From Alphaproteobacteria bacterium (GTDB lineage Bacteria; Pseudomonadota; Alphaproteobacteria; GCA-2731375): 64,000 bases of DNA. Positions 42,832 through 55,066 of the stretch are shown here, piece after piece. Position 1 is the stretch's first letter, and the number at the start of each line of letters is the position of its first letter. The stretch covers positions 320,001 to 384,000 of the forward strand of contig CBDDBZ010000037.1 of the NCBI GenBank assembly GCA_965225945.1. The letters run 5' to 3'. A model generated the notes under the pieces. That model was not told the origin of the DNA. It did not search any database and saw only the letters and a list, made by a program, of their open reading frames with translations. A program made the translations under genes and the position numbers.

Positions 42832-45182
42832 TGCCTTCCTTCGCCTCGGAACTGGAGCAAAGTCTCCATCGCGCCCTGCGCTACGCCAACGAGCGACAGC
42901 ATGAATACGCGACGCTCGAGCATCTCCTGCTCGCACTGGTCGACGATGCCGACGCGCTGGCCGTGCTGAGGGCCTGCAACGTCAAGGTCGACGAATTGCG
43001 CGATCAACTGGTCGGCTACCTGGAGGAGGAGCTGACCAGCCTCGTGGTCGACGAGGAGGAGGACGCGAAGCCGACGACTGGATTCCAAAGGGTGATCCAG
43101 CGCGCGGTCTACCACGTGCAATCCTCGGGCCGCGACGAGGTGACCGGCGCCAACGTGTTGGTGGCGATCTTCGCCGAGCGCGAGAGCCATGCGGTCTACT
43201 TCCTGCAGGGCCAGGAGATGACCCGGCTCGATGCCGTCTCCTATATCTCGCACGGCATCGCTAAGGCGGCCGGGATGACGGAAAGGCGCTCGGTGCGTGG
43301 TGTCGGCGAAGAGGAAGGTGGTGAAGGCGGCGAGGACGGCGGCCAGAAGACGGCGCCGGGAGAGGCGCTGGACGCCTACTGCGTCAACCTCAACGAGAAG
43401 GCCAAGAGCGGCCGCATCGATCCCTTGATCGGGCGCGAGTTGGAGCTCGAACGGACGATCCAGATCCTCTGTCGACGGCAGAAGAACAATCCGCTCTACG
43501 TCGGCGATCCCGGTGTCGGCAAGACGGCGATCGCGGAGGGCTTGGCCAGGCGCATCGTCCTGGGCGAGGTGTCCGACGTGCTGGCCGATGCCACCATCTT
43601 CGCGCTCGACATGGGCTCGTTGCTGGCCGGGACCCGCTACCGGGGCGATTTCGAGGAGCGGCTGAAGGCGGTGATGGATGAATTGGAGGCCTATGCCGGC
43701 GCCATCCTCTTCATCGACGAGATCCACACCGTGATCGGCGCGGGCGCCACCTCGGGCGGCGCGATGGACGCCTCCAACATGTTGAAGCCGGCGTTGCAGA
43801 ACGGCGCCATTCGCTGCATGGGCTCCACCACGTACAAGGAATTCCGGAACTATTTCGAAAAGGACCGAGCGCTGCTGCGGCGCTTCCAGAAGATCGACGT
43901 GCATGAGCCCTCGATCTCCGATGCGGTGAAGATCCTGAAGGGCCTCAAGCCCTATTACGAGGACTTCCACCACATTCGCTACACCAACGAGGCGGTGAAG
44001 GCGGCGGTCGAGCTTGCCTCGAAATACATCCACGACCGCAAACTTCCCGACAAGGCGATCGACGTCATCGACGAGGTGGGCGCGGCGCAAATGCTGGTGC
44101 CCGAGGCGCGCCGACGCAAGACCATCGGGGTTAGGGAAGTCGAGGATATCGTCGCCAAGATCGCCCGGATCCCGCCGAAGAGCGTTTCCAAGGACGACAC
44201 CGAGAGCCTGCGCCATCTGGGTGACGAGCTGAACAAGGTCGTCTATGGCCAGGAAAAGGCGATCGACGAGCTGTCGATGGCGGTGAAGATGTCGCGCGCG
44301 GGCCTGCGCGAGCCGGAGAAGCCGATCGGCAGCTATCTGTTCTCCGGGCCCACCGGGGTCGGCAAGACCGAGGTCGCGCGGCAGTTGGCCCGGATCATGG
44401 GGTTGGAGTTGGTCCGCTTCGACATGTCGGAATACATGGAGCGTCACTCCATCAGCCGGCTGATCGGCGCGCCGCCGGGCTATGTCGGGTTCGACCAGGG
44501 CGGCATGTTGACCGACGCGATCGACAAGAATCCGCACAGCGTCCTTCTGCTCGACGAGATCGAGAAGGCCCATCCCGACCTCTTCAACGTGCTGCTGCAG
44601 ATCATGGACTACGGCAAGCTCACCGATCACAACGGCAAGCAGGTCGACTTCCGCAACGTCATGTTGATCATGACGACCAACGCCGGCGCCACCGAGATGT
44701 CGAAGACGGCCATGGGCTTCGGCCGCGAGGTGCGCGAGGGCGAGGACGCGGAGGCGATCAAGCGGATGTTCACGCCGGAGTTCCGCAACCGGTTGGACGC
44801 CGTGGTCGGCTTCCAGGCGCTCGGCCCGGAATCCGTCCACCGGGTCGTGGTCAAGTTCGTCGACGAGTTGGAGGCGCAGCTCGCCGATCGCAACGTCCGC
44901 TTTGAGTTGAGCGAGGCGGCGGCGCGCTGGCTGGCCGAGAAGGGCTACGATCGCCTCTACGGTGCCCGCCCGCTGGCCCGGGTCATCCAGGACAGCATCA
45001 AGAAGCCGCTGGCCGACGAGTTGTTGTTCGGTCGCCTGGTCAAGGGCGGCGTCGTACACATCGATGCCAAGGGCGGCGAGCTGGCCTTCGAGATCACCGA
45101 GGCCAAGCGACCGGCCCGCAAGCGGCGGGGCGGCGCGCCCTCGGGCGAGAAACCCGAACGCATCCCGGAACCGGTGGAATAG
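42831..45182 (+). CDS. clpA: ATP-dependent Clp protease ATP-binding subunit
   Basis: Two AAA modules ([16 protein letters not shown]), GMGFG-like ClpP-binding loop, coupled to clpS by TAATG. Confidence 0.96.
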   Translation: MPSFASELEQSLHRALRYANERQHEYATLEHLLLALVDDADALAVLRACNVKVDELRDQLVGYLEEELTSLVVDEEEDAKPTTGFQRVIQRAVYHVQSSGRDEVTGANVLVAIFAERESHAVYFLQGQEMTRLDAVSYISHGIAKAAGMTERRSVRGVGEEEGGEGGEDGGQKTAPGEALDAYCVNLNEKAKSGRIDPLIGRELELERTIQILCRRQKNNPLYVGDPGVGKTAIAEGLARRIVLGEVSDVLADATIFALDMGSLLAGTRYRGDFEERLKAVMDELEAYAGAILFIDEIHTVIGAGATSGGAMDASNMLKPALQNGAIRCMGSTTYKEFRNYFEKDRALLRRFQKIDVHEPSISDAVKILKGLKPYYEDFHHIRYTNEAVKAAVELASKYIHDRKLPDKAIDVIDEVGAAQMLVPEARRRKTIGVREVEDIVAKIARIPPKSVSKDDTESLRHLGDELNKVVYGQEKAIDELSMAVKMSRAGLREPEKPIGSYLFSGPTGVGKTEVARQLARIMGLELVRFDMSEYMERHSISRLIGAPPGYVGFDQGGMLTDAIDKNPHSVLLLDEIEKAHPDLFNVLLQIMDYGKLTDHNGKQVDFRNVMLIMTTNAGATEMSKTAMGFGREVREGEDAEAIKRMFTPEFRNRLDAVVGFQALGPESVHRVVVKFVDELEAQLADRNVRFELSEAAARWLAEKGYDRLYGARPLARVIQDSIKKPLADELLFGRLVKGGVVHIDAKGGELAFEITEAKRPARKRRGGAPSGEKPERIPEPVE

Positions 45183-45207
45183 AACGCGCCCAGCTGCCGA
45201 GCCCCGA

Positions 45208-45966
45208 TCAGCAAACGGTGCAGTTCTCGCGGGTGGCGGCGACGATCGCCACCATTTTGGCGTAGGGGATGGCGCCCGGCACGTAGGTCTCGCCGATGAA
45301 CATCGCGGGCGTGCCGCGGACCTGCATGGTGAGTCCGAGCGCGATATTTGCCTCGATCACCGCCTTGACCTCCGGCGCCTTCATGTCGGTCTCGAGCTCG
45401 GCCACGTCGAGCTCCGCGCGAGCCGCCACTTCCAGCACGGCCCGTTCGCTCAGGCGGCCGCGAAAGCCCATGAGCAGGTCATGGAAGCGGAGATACTTGC
45501 CCTGCCGGCGCGAGGCGATCGCGGCGCGGGCGGCATATTCGGAGACCGGTCCGAGGATCGGATATTCCTTGTAGATCATCCGGACGTCCGGGATCTCGGC
45601 GCGCAGGCGCTGGATCGCCGGCAATACCCGCTTGCAGTAGCCGCATTGATAATCGAAAAATTCGACCATGGGGATGCGGCCGTCGGGGTTGTGGACGAAG
45701 TCGTCGGCGGAGGCGAACAACGCCGCCTTGTTCGCGACCACCCGCTGCTTTTGCGCGATCTTCTCTTCGGCCGCCTGGCGTTTCTCCAGTGCCTGCGCGG
45801 CCTCGACCAGAACTTCCGGATTGGCGATCAGATACTCTCGGATCAGCTTTTCGATCGCCGTCTTTTGCTCGGGCGTCAGCGTGTCCTGCGCCTTCGCCGG
45901 GAACGCGAGCAGCAGGATCAGGGCCACGGCGGTCACCACCATGCCCCCACGTTCACGAATAGTCAT
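45208..45966 (-). CDS. DsbA family protein
   Basis: Signal peptide, EFFDYQCGYCK, GTP. Confidence 0.9.
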   Translation of the reverse strand: MTIRERGGMVVTAVALILLLAFPAKAQDTLTPEQKTAIEKLIREYLIANPEVLVEAAQALEKRQAAEEKIAQKQRVVANKAALFASADDFVHNPDGRIPMVEFFDYQCGYCKRVLPAIQRLRAEIPDVRMIYKEYPILGPVSEYAARAAIASRRQGKYLRFHDLLMGFRGRLSERAVLEVAARAELDVAELETDMKAPEVKAVIEANIALGLTMQVRGTPAMFIGETYVPGAIPYAKMVAIVAATRENCTVC

Positions 45967-46059
45967 CGACCGTTGCCTCGCAATCCTTCGGGCCCCGCCA
46001 CCGACAAGATTTGCGCCATGGCGCGCCGGAAGGCAAGGCGCCATTTGTCGCGGGGCCGC

Positions 46060-47550
46060 TCAACCGCTTCGCACGCGGCCGACGGCGGTCCGCCAGCCGG
46101 CGTAGAGTGCCTCGCGCCTCGCCTCGGGCATCGAGGGCTCGAAGCGCGCCTGGCTACGCCAAATACCGCCGACGGCCTCGAGCGATGGCAGCAGCCCCGC
46201 CCCAAGGCCGGCGAGACACGCGGCGCCCAGCGCCGTCGTCTCGTGCACCACCCCTCGCTCGACCACGCAATCGGTGATGTCGGCGAGAAAGCCCATCAGC
46301 CAGTCGTTCGCCACCATGGCGCCGTCGACCCGAATCACCGTCGCCCGCTCGCCCATGTCCGCCGCCATCGCCTGCAGCAGATCGCGCGTCTGGTAGCCGA
46401 CCGCCTCCAACGTTGCCCGCGCGATCTCGGCGCGCCCGCTATTCCGGGTGAGGCCGACCAGGGCGCCGCGCGCCTCGGCGTCCCAATAGGGCGCGCCGAG
46501 CCCGGTGAAGGCCGGCACCAGGTAGACCCCACCGGTATCGTCGATGCCGGCGGCGAGCGCCTCGCTCTCGCCCGCGCTTGCGATCAGGCCCAAGCCGTCG
46601 CGGAGCCATTGCACCGCCGCGCCGGCGGCGAAGATCGATCCCTCCAGCGCATATGTCACAACGCCGTCGAGGCGGTAGGCGACGGTCGTGAGCAGGCGAT
46701 TCTGGGAGGCGACCGCGCGGCCCGCCGTATTGGCGAGGACGAAACAGCCGGTGCCGTAAGTGCTCTTGAGCATGCCGGGCTCGAAACAGGCCGCGCCGAT
46801 CGTCGCCGCCTGCTGGTCGCCGGCAATCCCGGTGATCGGGATCTCCCGGCCCAGGTGCGAGGCTTCGGCGAGGCCGAAATCGTCGGCGCAATCGCGCACC
46901 TCGGGCAGCAGGGCCGAGGGGATATCGAGCAAGCCCAGCAGCTCCTCGTCCCAGCATTGACGATGGATGTCGAACAGCAGCGTCCGGCTGGCGTTGGTCG
47001 CGTCGGTCGCGTGGCGCCGCCCGCCGGTGAGCCGCCAGAGCAGCCAGGAATCGATGGTGCCGAAGGCGAGCTCGCCGGCCGCCGCGCGTTCTCTGGCGCC
47101 GGCCAAATTGTCGAGCAGCCAGGCGAGCTTGGTGGCGGAGAAATAGGGGTCGAGCCTGAGGCCGGTACGGCTTTGGAAGAGCGCTTCGTGGCCGTCCTCC
47201 GCCAGGCGGCGGCAATGCTCGGCGGTGCGGCGGTCTTGCCAGACGATGGCGTTGGCGAGGGGGCGTCCCGTCGCCCGGTCCCAGAGTAGGGTGGTCTCGC
47301 GCTGATTGGTGATGGCGATGCAGGCGATGTCTTGCGCCTCGAGCTCGGCCAGGCGAACCGCCTCGCGGCTGACCTCCAGGGTGTCGCGCCAGATCACCTC
47401 GCCATCGTGCTCGACCCAGCCGGGCCTCGGGAAGATCTGCGCCAGCTCGCGGCGCGCGGTGGCTAGGGGGTTGCCTTCGGCATCGAAGACGATGGCGCGA
47501 GACGAGGTCGTTCCCTGGTCGATCGCCAGGATGTGGCGGGGCTCGTTCAT
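46060..47550 (-). CDS. glpK: Glycerol kinase
   Basis: [51 protein letters not shown]. Confidence 0.96.
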   Translation of the reverse strand: MNEPRHILAIDQGTTSSRAIVFDAEGNPLATARRELAQIFPRPGWVEHDGEVIWRDTLEVSREAVRLAELEAQDIACIAITNQRETTLLWDRATGRPLANAIVWQDRRTAEHCRRLAEDGHEALFQSRTGLRLDPYFSATKLAWLLDNLAGARERAAAGELAFGTIDSWLLWRLTGGRRHATDATNASRTLLFDIHRQCWDEELLGLLDIPSALLPEVRDCADDFGLAEASHLGREIPITGIAGDQQAATIGAACFEPGMLKSTYGTGCFVLANTAGRAVASQNRLLTTVAYRLDGVVTYALEGSIFAAGAAVQWLRDGLGLIASAGESEALAAGIDDTGGVYLVPAFTGLGAPYWDAEARGALVGLTRNSGRAEIARATLEAVGYQTRDLLQAMAADMGERATVIRVDGAMVANDWLMGFLADITDCVVERGVVHETTALGAACLAGLGAGLLPSLEAVGGIWRSQARFEPSMPEARREALYAGWRTAVGRVRSG

Positions 47551-47553
47551 GGG

Positions 47554-47834
47554 CTAGGGTCTGTACTCAATTAGGGATTCCCAAAATGGGTTTGATGTGA
47601 TTCAAGGTCTCTCACAGCAAGGAGGCCTTTCACAGGGCCTAGGGTCACAAGCAGGGGTCCACAGGCCTGGGGTCACCCATTAGGCCTCTGTTAGCAAGAG
47701 CGCGCATCTTCCCTTTCCTCCGGCGATGTGCCGGCAGGTTGTTTCGCTCTCCTCGCTCCCTCCGAGAAAAAGGGGTCAGAAAAAGGGGTCATTGTACTTT
47801 ATTCGGCGGAACGGCCGAAAAAGCAGAATGACCC
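47554..47834 (+). other. Probable IS-end remnants and short direct repeats preceding intron A
   Basis: CTAGGGTCTGTACTCAATTAGGGATTCCC resembles IS5-family ends. Contains CACAG(G)GCCTRGGGTCAC x2 and GAAAAAGGGGTCA x2. Confidence 0.4.
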
Positions 47835-49993
47835 GTGCGCCGGGAGGCCGGCGAGGAGTAGCGGATGAGAGAGCCGTACGGTGAAGGATTAGCCATCCAC
47901 ACCGGCCCCGAGTCATGCGCCTGCGGTCCGCGAGGGCGAGGCGAAGCGTTGACAGGGGTACATGTGGGCTGGGTATTGAGCCGCGAAAAATGCGCATTCG
48001 AGGCGCCGACCCTGTGGGTCTATGGGGAAGGCCACACCGACGAGCGCGCATTGGCGAGCGCTCGGAGGGCCTTGCGCGGTCGTAGACCCCACGCACGCAT
48101 GGAAATCGCCTGAGCGGAAACCGGGAGATCTCTCGAGTGGCCGTCCTTGCGTTTGCGCGGTCCGCATCGGGAAGGCCCGAAGGGCCGTAGCCGATGACGC
48201 ACGCTCGAGAGAAGTCAGATTTGCCCATAGTACCTGGGAAGCCGACGAACAAAGCCTTGTGCGAGGCGGCGGAGCCGGTGGAGGGAAGGGGCGGAGCCAA
48301 GGGGAACGTGGGTCAGCAACGCAGGCGCCGGACGCGGAGTCGGGAAAGCCTGTCACAGGGGCTGGAGCGCGTACGAGAAGCGGCGAGACGAGATGGGAAA
48401 CTAAAGTTCACCGCGCTGCTGCACCATGTCGATGTCGAACTCCTTCGGGCCTCCTACCTGGCGCTGAAGCGCGACGCGGCGCCCGGAGTGGACGGCATGA
48501 CGTGGCAAGAGTACGGCCAGGATCTGGAGCAGCGTCTCCCGAACCTGCATGGGCGGCTCCATCGGGGCGGCTACCGGGCTCTGCCGAGCCGGCGACAATT
48601 CATCGCGAAGTCGGACGGCTCGGCGCGGGCATTGGGGATCGCGGCCCTGGAGGACAAGATCGCCCATATGGCCGTGAGCACGGTGCTGAACCAGATTTAC
48701 GAGGAAGATTTCCTCGGGTTCAGCTACGGCTTCCGTCCGGGGCGCAACCAGCACGACGCGCTGGACGCGCTCGCGGTGGCGATCACCGAGCGCGAGGTGA
48801 ACTGGATCCTGGACGCCGATATATCCGGCTTCTTCGACTCATCCGACCAAAACTGGCTGAGAGGGTTCCTAGAGCACCGGATCGGAGATCGGCGTCTCCT
48901 CCGCCTTACGGCCAAGTGGCTGAAAGATGGTATATCGCGGCGGCTGTGGCTGATGATATCAGGATGATGGCAGCCCCTTCACGCATGATCGATAAATCGG
49001 GGTCGCCCTGACCTCGAACATCGAGGAAGGAGCGATGACGATGGCACATTTCGTAGGTCTGGATGTTTCGGTGAAGGAGACGGCGGTATGCGTCGTCGAC
49101 GAGGTTGGCGAGGTGGTGTTGGAGCGGAAAGTGCCGACCGAGCCGGACGACATCGTCACGCTGCTGACCTCGATCGGCGTGGCCTATGGCCGGATCGGGA
49201 TCGAAGCCGGTCCGCTCTCGCAATGGCTGGTCAACGGTCTTGCCGCCGCCGGGCTGCCGGTTGTCTGCGTCGAGACTCGGCACATGAAAGCACTGCTCAA
49301 GGGGCAGCAGATCAACAAGAGCGACCGCAACGATGCGCGCGGCATCGCCCAGATGATGCGGGTCGGGCTGTTCAAGCCGGTGCATGTGAAGACCCTGGTT
49401 GCCCAGGAGCAGCGGATGCTGCTGACCAGCCGCAAGCTGCTCCAGAGAAAACTGCTCGACGTCGAGAACGATCTACGCGGGACGCTGCGCAACTTCGGTC
49501 TCAAGGTGGGCATGGTCAGCACCCGCGGGTACGAGGCGCGGATCCGCGAGCTGGTCGAAGACTTTCCGAAGCTGGCCGCTATCGTGGAACCGCTGCTCAC
49601 CGTCCGGCGAGTGATGCGCCAGCAATTCGCGGTCCTCCACAAAATGGTGCTCGACACGGTCCGCCATGACCCGGTCTGCCGACGGCTCATGACGGCACCC
49701 GGCGTCGGCGTGGTCGTCGCGCTGACCTACCGGGCTACCATTGATCAGCCGCAGCGCTTCGTTCACTCCAGGGCGGTCGGCGCGCATGTCGGCCTGACGC
49801 CGAAGCGCTTCCAGTCCGGCGAGATCGACTATGATGGTCGCGTGTCCAAGTGCGGCGACAGCATGCTCCGCACGATGCTGTACGAGGCCGCGCAGTCCCT
49901 CCTCACCCACGGCCGGAAATGGTCCTGGCTGAAGGCGTGGGGCATGCGAGTGGCCCAGCGACGTGGCATGCGCCGTGCCATCGTCGCCGTCGC

Positions 49994-52538
49994 TGTGGAA
50001 CGGCGTGCAAAGTTGACCCCTGTTGAGGGGTGATCGGCGTCCAAATTTGACCCCCTGAGCCTGGCTAGTCCAAGTCACCTCGTTTTTGGGCGGACGAGGT
50101 GGTGGGGGATGTTGGTCGTGGAGACGATAGCGCGGATCCGGCGGGAGTATTTCGTCAAGGGGAAGCCGATCAAGGAGATCGTGCGGGACGTGAAGGTCTC
50201 GGGCAACACGGTGCGCAAGGTGATCCGTTCGCAGGCGACGGCGTTCACCTACGACCGGCGGGTCCAGCCGATGCCGAAGCTGGGGCCGTGGATGGCCGAG
50301 CTGGAGCGGATGCTGGAGGCCAACGAGACCAAGTCGAAGCGGGAGCGGCTGACGCTGCTACGGATCTCCGAAGCCCTCGAGGGTCTGGGCTATGGCGGCG
50401 GCTACGACGCGGTGCGGCGCTACGCCAAGGCGTGGCGGTGGCGCCGTTCGGCATCGACGGCGCAGACCTATGTGCCGTTGGTGTTCTCGCCGGGCGAGGC
50501 CTATCAGTTCGACTGGAGCCACGAGTACGTGGTGCTGGCGGGGGTGACGACCAAGGTCAAGGTCGCGCACGTCCGGCTGTGCCACAGCCGAATGTTCTTC
50601 GTCCGCGCTTATCCGCGCGAGAGCCAGGAGATGGTGTTCGACGCCCACGACCGGGCATTCCGGCTGTTCCAGGGTGCCTGCCGGCGAGGCATCTACGACA
50701 ACATGAAGACGGCGGTGCAGACCGTCCTCATCGGCAAGGAGCGCGCGTTCAACCGGCGCTTCGTGCAGATGTGTGGCCACTACCTGGTCGAACCGACAGC
50801 ATGCACGCCGGGAGCGGGATGGGAGAAGGGGCAGGTCGAGAACCAGGTCGGGATCATCCGCGGTCGGTTCTTCACCCCGCGGCTGCGCTTCAAGACCTAC
50901 GACGAGCTCAACGCCTGGCTCTTGGACCAGTGCGTCGCCTACGCCCGGCGTCATCCCCACCCGGTGTTCAAGGACAGGACTGTCTGGCAGGTGTTCGAGG
51001 ACGAGCGTCCGTCCCTGGTCGGCTATCGCGGGCCGTTCGACGGCTTCCACGCGGTCCCGGCGTCGGTGTCGAAGACCTGCCTGGTGCGCTTCGACAGCAA
51101 CAAGTACAGCGTGGCGGCGCGCGCCGTCGGCCGTCCGGTCGAGGTCCATGCCTACGCCGATCGCATCGTCATCCGCCAGGACGGCGAGATCGTCGCCGAG
51201 CATGCCCGGCGCTTCGGCCGCGACCAGACCGTCTATGACCCGTGGCACTACGTGCCCGTGCTGGCGAGGAAGCCCGGTGCGCTTCGTAACGGCGCGCCGT
51301 TCAAGGACTGGGCGCTGCCCGGCGCCCTGGGTCGCGTGCGCGTCCGGCTCGCCGGCCACGACGACGGCGACAGGCAGATGGTCGAGATCCTCACCGCCGT
51401 GCTGGCGGATGGGCTGGCGGCGGTGGAGGCCGCCTGTGCCGAGGCGCTCGCTGGCGGCGTGTGCAGCGCCGACGTCGTGCTCAACATCCTCAATCGTCGG
51501 CGCCAGCCGTCCGAGACGGCGCCGATCCCGACGCCCGCGAACCTGCGTCTTCGCTTTGAGCCGGTGGCCGATTGCACCCGCTACGACCGCTTGAGGGGGG
51601 TCGGCCATGGAGCGCCATGAGGTCCTGGAGATGATGGCCGCACTCAAGCTCGCCGGCATGCGCGACGCGTTCGACGAGGTGCTCGCCGACGGCCTCAAGC
51701 GCCAGCATCCGATGCAGCGAATCATCGGCGAGCTGTTGAAGGCCGAGATCGCCGACAAGCAGGCGCGATCCATCAAGTACCAGATGAGTGGCGCCAAGCT
51801 GCCGCTGGCCAAGGAGCTGGCCGACTTCGACTTCACCGACACCCCGGTCAACGAGCCGCTGGTCCGCGAGTTGGCGGTCGGCGGCTTCCTGGCCAACCAG
51901 CGCAACGCCGTGCTGATCGGCGGCACCGGCACCGGCAAGAGCCATCTCGCCGTCGCCATCGCGCGGGCCTGCATCCGCGATGGCGCCCGGGGCCGCTTCT
52001 TCAACGTCGTCGACCTGGTCAACCGGCTCGAGGCCGAAGCCCGCGCCGGCCGCCAGGGCCGGCTCGCCGATCAGCTGGCCCGGCGCGACCTCGTCATCCT
52101 CGACGAGCTCGGCTACCTGCCCTTCGCCCAAACCGGAGGCCAGCTGCTGTTCCACCTCGTCAGCCGGCTCTACGAGCGCACCTCGATCATCGTCACCACC
52201 AACCTGACCTTCGGCGAATGGCCGTCCGTCTTCGGCGACGCCAAGATGACCACCGCGCTCCTCGATCGTCTGACGCACCACTGCGAGATCATCGAGACCG
52301 GAAACGACTCCTGGCGCTTCAAGAATCGGTCCTAAAGGCAACCGATCCACCTGCCGCCCGGTCGCCCAGGTGGGCCCACAGGAACCTCCCACGCGCGGTC
52401 CGCCGCCAGCCGCGTGGTGGGCGCGTCGGCCCGCGCGCGGGCCCCTCCTATGGACTACCTGTACGACCTCCGCCGTGCATCCCCAAAGGGGTCAACATTG
52501 CACGCCGATAGGGGGTCAATGTTCAACGCCGATTGACA
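49994..52538 (+). mobile_element. IS21-family element, copy 2 (istA 50109-51620, istB 51607-52335)
   Basis: Same 2545-bp element as 17638-20182, with one T/M change in IstA. 7-bp TSD CCGTCGC. Confidence 0.95.
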
Positions 52539-52857
52539 CCGTCGCGAGGCGCCTGGCCGTAGTTCTGCACCGCATGTGGGTCGACGGCACCGAGTTCCGC
52601 TGGAGCAACGGCCCTGCTGACGCCGTCAAGGCGGCTTGAACCTTCGACTGTACTGACAAGGAGATCAACGAGTTCTGCTTAGGCAGAGAGATGTCCTCAC
52701 GGGGACGACGGGTGGGGTGAGTTCGTAATGTCGGTAGACCCTGCCGCTGACCGGCGGCAAGGACGCGCGAAAGATTGAACCGCCTCATCCTCTGATCCCA
52801 TCATGAGGTGGCCACGCGCCAACCTCGAAGAGAAGCAAGAGCCCCGTGCGGCAACAT

Positions 52858-54197
52858 GATTGAGCAACCTGATGTGTGGAAATTCGGAACGCCGTTGATC
52901 AGTCATCCTCTGCTTTCCAAGTGATGTAGGGTTTTTCGGTGGTTTCCCATTTCTCGTCGATTTCGACGAGGATGGCGGTGACCAGGCGTTCGAGCGAGGC
53001 CTCGTTGGGAAAGACCCTGACCTTTACGGTGCGGCGCTTGATCTCCTGCTGGATGGATCGCTCCATGGGGTTCGAGGTTCGCATGCGCTTTTGGTGGCGC
53101 TCGGGCAGGGCGAAGACGGCGAGGCCCTCGGGGATCGCCGCCTCCAGCCAATCGGCGAGCTTGGGGGCGCTATCGCGGTAGGCCGCCACCAGGTGGCCCA
53201 GCTCGGCCTCGGCGGCCTTGCCGTCGGCGGCATTCCAGACCCGGCGCAGCTCCTTGCCGATGGCCTTTCGGATGGCGAGGTTGGGGGCGTGATGGATGGC
53301 GTTTTGAGCCAGATGGTACTGACAGCGCTGCCAGACGGCGCCGCCGAGGACGGCCTTGCGCGCGGCGCCGAGGCCTGGATGATCATCGGAAACGATATAG
53401 GCGACACCGCGCATGCCACGGGCAACCAGGGTCTCCAGGAAGGCGCGCCAGTGCACTTCGGCCTCGGAGAGCGCACAGGAAACACCGAGCACCCGGCGGC
53501 GCTGGTCGGGGCCGATGCCGATCACCGAGAGCACGGCGGCGTCGCGCACCACGCCACCCTCTCGGACTTTCTCATAGCGCGCGTCGAGGAGCAGGTAGCG
53601 GATCTCGCCCAGCGGCCGGTTGCGCCAGGCATCCAGCTCCCCATCCAAGAGCTTGGCGGCGCGGCTGACCTGGCTCGACGACAGGCTCTCCAGGCCGAAC
53701 TCGCGCATCACCGCCTCGGCGTCACGGGTGGAGACGCCTTTGATATACATCTCCGCCACGGCCAGCATGACAGCGCGGCAGGAGCGCCGTCCGCGCTCCA
53801 GGGCTTGGGGGTAAAAAGGCGCCTCATGACCGGCGGTCTTGGGAACCTCGAGCCTCACCGTACCGGCCGGGGTGTCGATCTTCTTGGGTCTGGTGCCGTT
53901 GGCGTATCCCCGCCGCTCGGGCGTGCGCTCATAGTGGCCGGCGCCCAAGAACCTCTCCCGCTCGATCCGCATGGCGAGATTGAAAAGGCCGGCGAAGACC
54001 GTCGCCATGTTCTCGCTACCGCCTTCGATCAATTGTTCCACCAAAGCCTCGACAGCGCTATCCTGGTCTTTCCGCATACTGGTTCTCCATGTTTGTTTGG
54101 ACGCTTTCATGGATAACCAAAATGACGGATCGCCCCGCGCCGGGGTATACCCCGGCGCGGGGCGAAGCCAAATTTCCAGACCTCACGCTACACAAGC
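52858..54197 (-). mobile_element. IS256-family element
   Basis: Imperfect 27-bp IR GATTGAGCAACCTGATGTGTGGAAATT vs GCTTGTGTAGCGTGAGGTCTGGAAATT. 8-bp TSD GGCAACAT (52850-52857, 54198-54205). Confidence 0.9.
52899..54077 (-). CDS. IS256-family transposase
   Basis: EMYIKGVSTR, LLLDARYEKVR, SDDHPGL, QRCQYH, RTSNPMER, VFPNEAS. Confidence 0.93.
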   Translation of the reverse strand: MRKDQDSAVEALVEQLIEGGSENMATVFAGLFNLAMRIERERFLGAGHYERTPERRGYANGTRPKKIDTPAGTVRLEVPKTAGHEAPFYPQALERGRRSCRAVMLAVAEMYIKGVSTRDAEAVMREFGLESLSSSQVSRAAKLLDGELDAWRNRPLGEIRYLLLDARYEKVREGGVVRDAAVLSVIGIGPDQRRRVLGVSCALSEAEVHWRAFLETLVARGMRGVAYIVSDDHPGLGAARKAVLGGAVWQRCQYHLAQNAIHHAPNLAIRKAIGKELRRVWNAADGKAAEAELGHLVAAYRDSAPKLADWLEAAIPEGLAVFALPERHQKRMRTSNPMERSIQQEIKRRTVKVRVFPNEASLERLVTAILVEIDEKWETTEKPYITWKAEDD

Positions 54198-55066
54198 GGC
54201 AACATCCGCCAGTGCGGAACGACGTGAAGAAGGAATATGGCATGACGTAACCAGAAAGGGCTTGACCGAGGACGCGATAGAGAAGCCGGCATTATGCAAG
54301 ATGGCAAACTCACGGTCCCGGAGCAGGGGACGCCACAGGGCGCGGTGCTCTCACCGCTGCTCTCCAACGTCTACCTGCACTATGTCCTGGACTTGTGGGC
54401 GCACCAATGGCGTCGGCGCCATACCCACTGCGACATGGTCATCGTCCGCTACGCGGACGACTTCGTCGTGGGCTTCGAGTACCGGGAAGACGCGCTTGCC
54501 TTCCGGGCGGCATTGGAGGAACGCTTGCGGGCTTTCGGCCTCGCGCTGTTCGCGGAGAAAACCCGGCTCATCGAGTTTGGGCGGCACGCCGCGAAAAGTC
54601 GGAAGGGCCGAGGCGACGGCAAGCCGGAGACGTTCGACTTCCTGGGCTTCACGCACATCTGCGCGAAGGACCGGAAGGGACGGTTCCAACTGCGACGCAA
54701 GACGCGGCGTAAGCGCATGGGGGCGAAGCTCGGGGAGATCAAGCGCGAACTCCTCCGGCGACGGCATCAGCCAATCGCCGAGCAGGGCCGCTGGCTGGCA
54801 TCGGTGGTGCGAGGCTACTTCGCGTACTTCGCCGTGCCGACCAACGCTCCGGCCCTGAATGCCTTCCGCTATCAGGTCGCCCGGTTCTGGCTGAAAGCGC
54901 TCCGGCGCCGCAGCCAGAACGACCGCACGACCTGGAAGGTCTTTGCCAAGCTGGTCGAGCGCTGGCTTCCGCCAGTGACGATCCTCCATCCCTGGCCGTC
55001 GAAACGCTTCTACGTCAAATACCCGAGGCAGGAGCCCGGTGCATTAGCAGTGCACGCCGGGATCTG

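Larger units (their letters stand above)
48924..54285 (+). mobile_element. IS110-family element no. 2, second copy, carrying IS21 and IS256 insertions
   Basis: Near-identical to 21390-22851. Transposase 49035-49993 plus 52546-52639, split by IS21. Confidence 0.92.
47835..55066 (+). mobile_element. Group II intron A (domain VI missing; interrupted by IS110 and intron B)
   Basis: GTGCG at 47835. EBS1 loop GGGTC (48016-48020) is complementary to exon GACCC. Domain V GAGCCCGGTGCATTAGCAGTGCACGCCGGGATC at ~55032-55064. Confidence 0.9.
48194..55066 (+). pseudogene. ltrA: Intron A reverse transcriptase/maturase, split (48194-48926 and 54286-55066)
   Basis: APGVDG, FSYGFRPGR, WLK|AGIMQ junction, GTPQG, YADD, FDFLGF, HPWP. 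No endonuclease domain visible. Confidence 0.9.
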
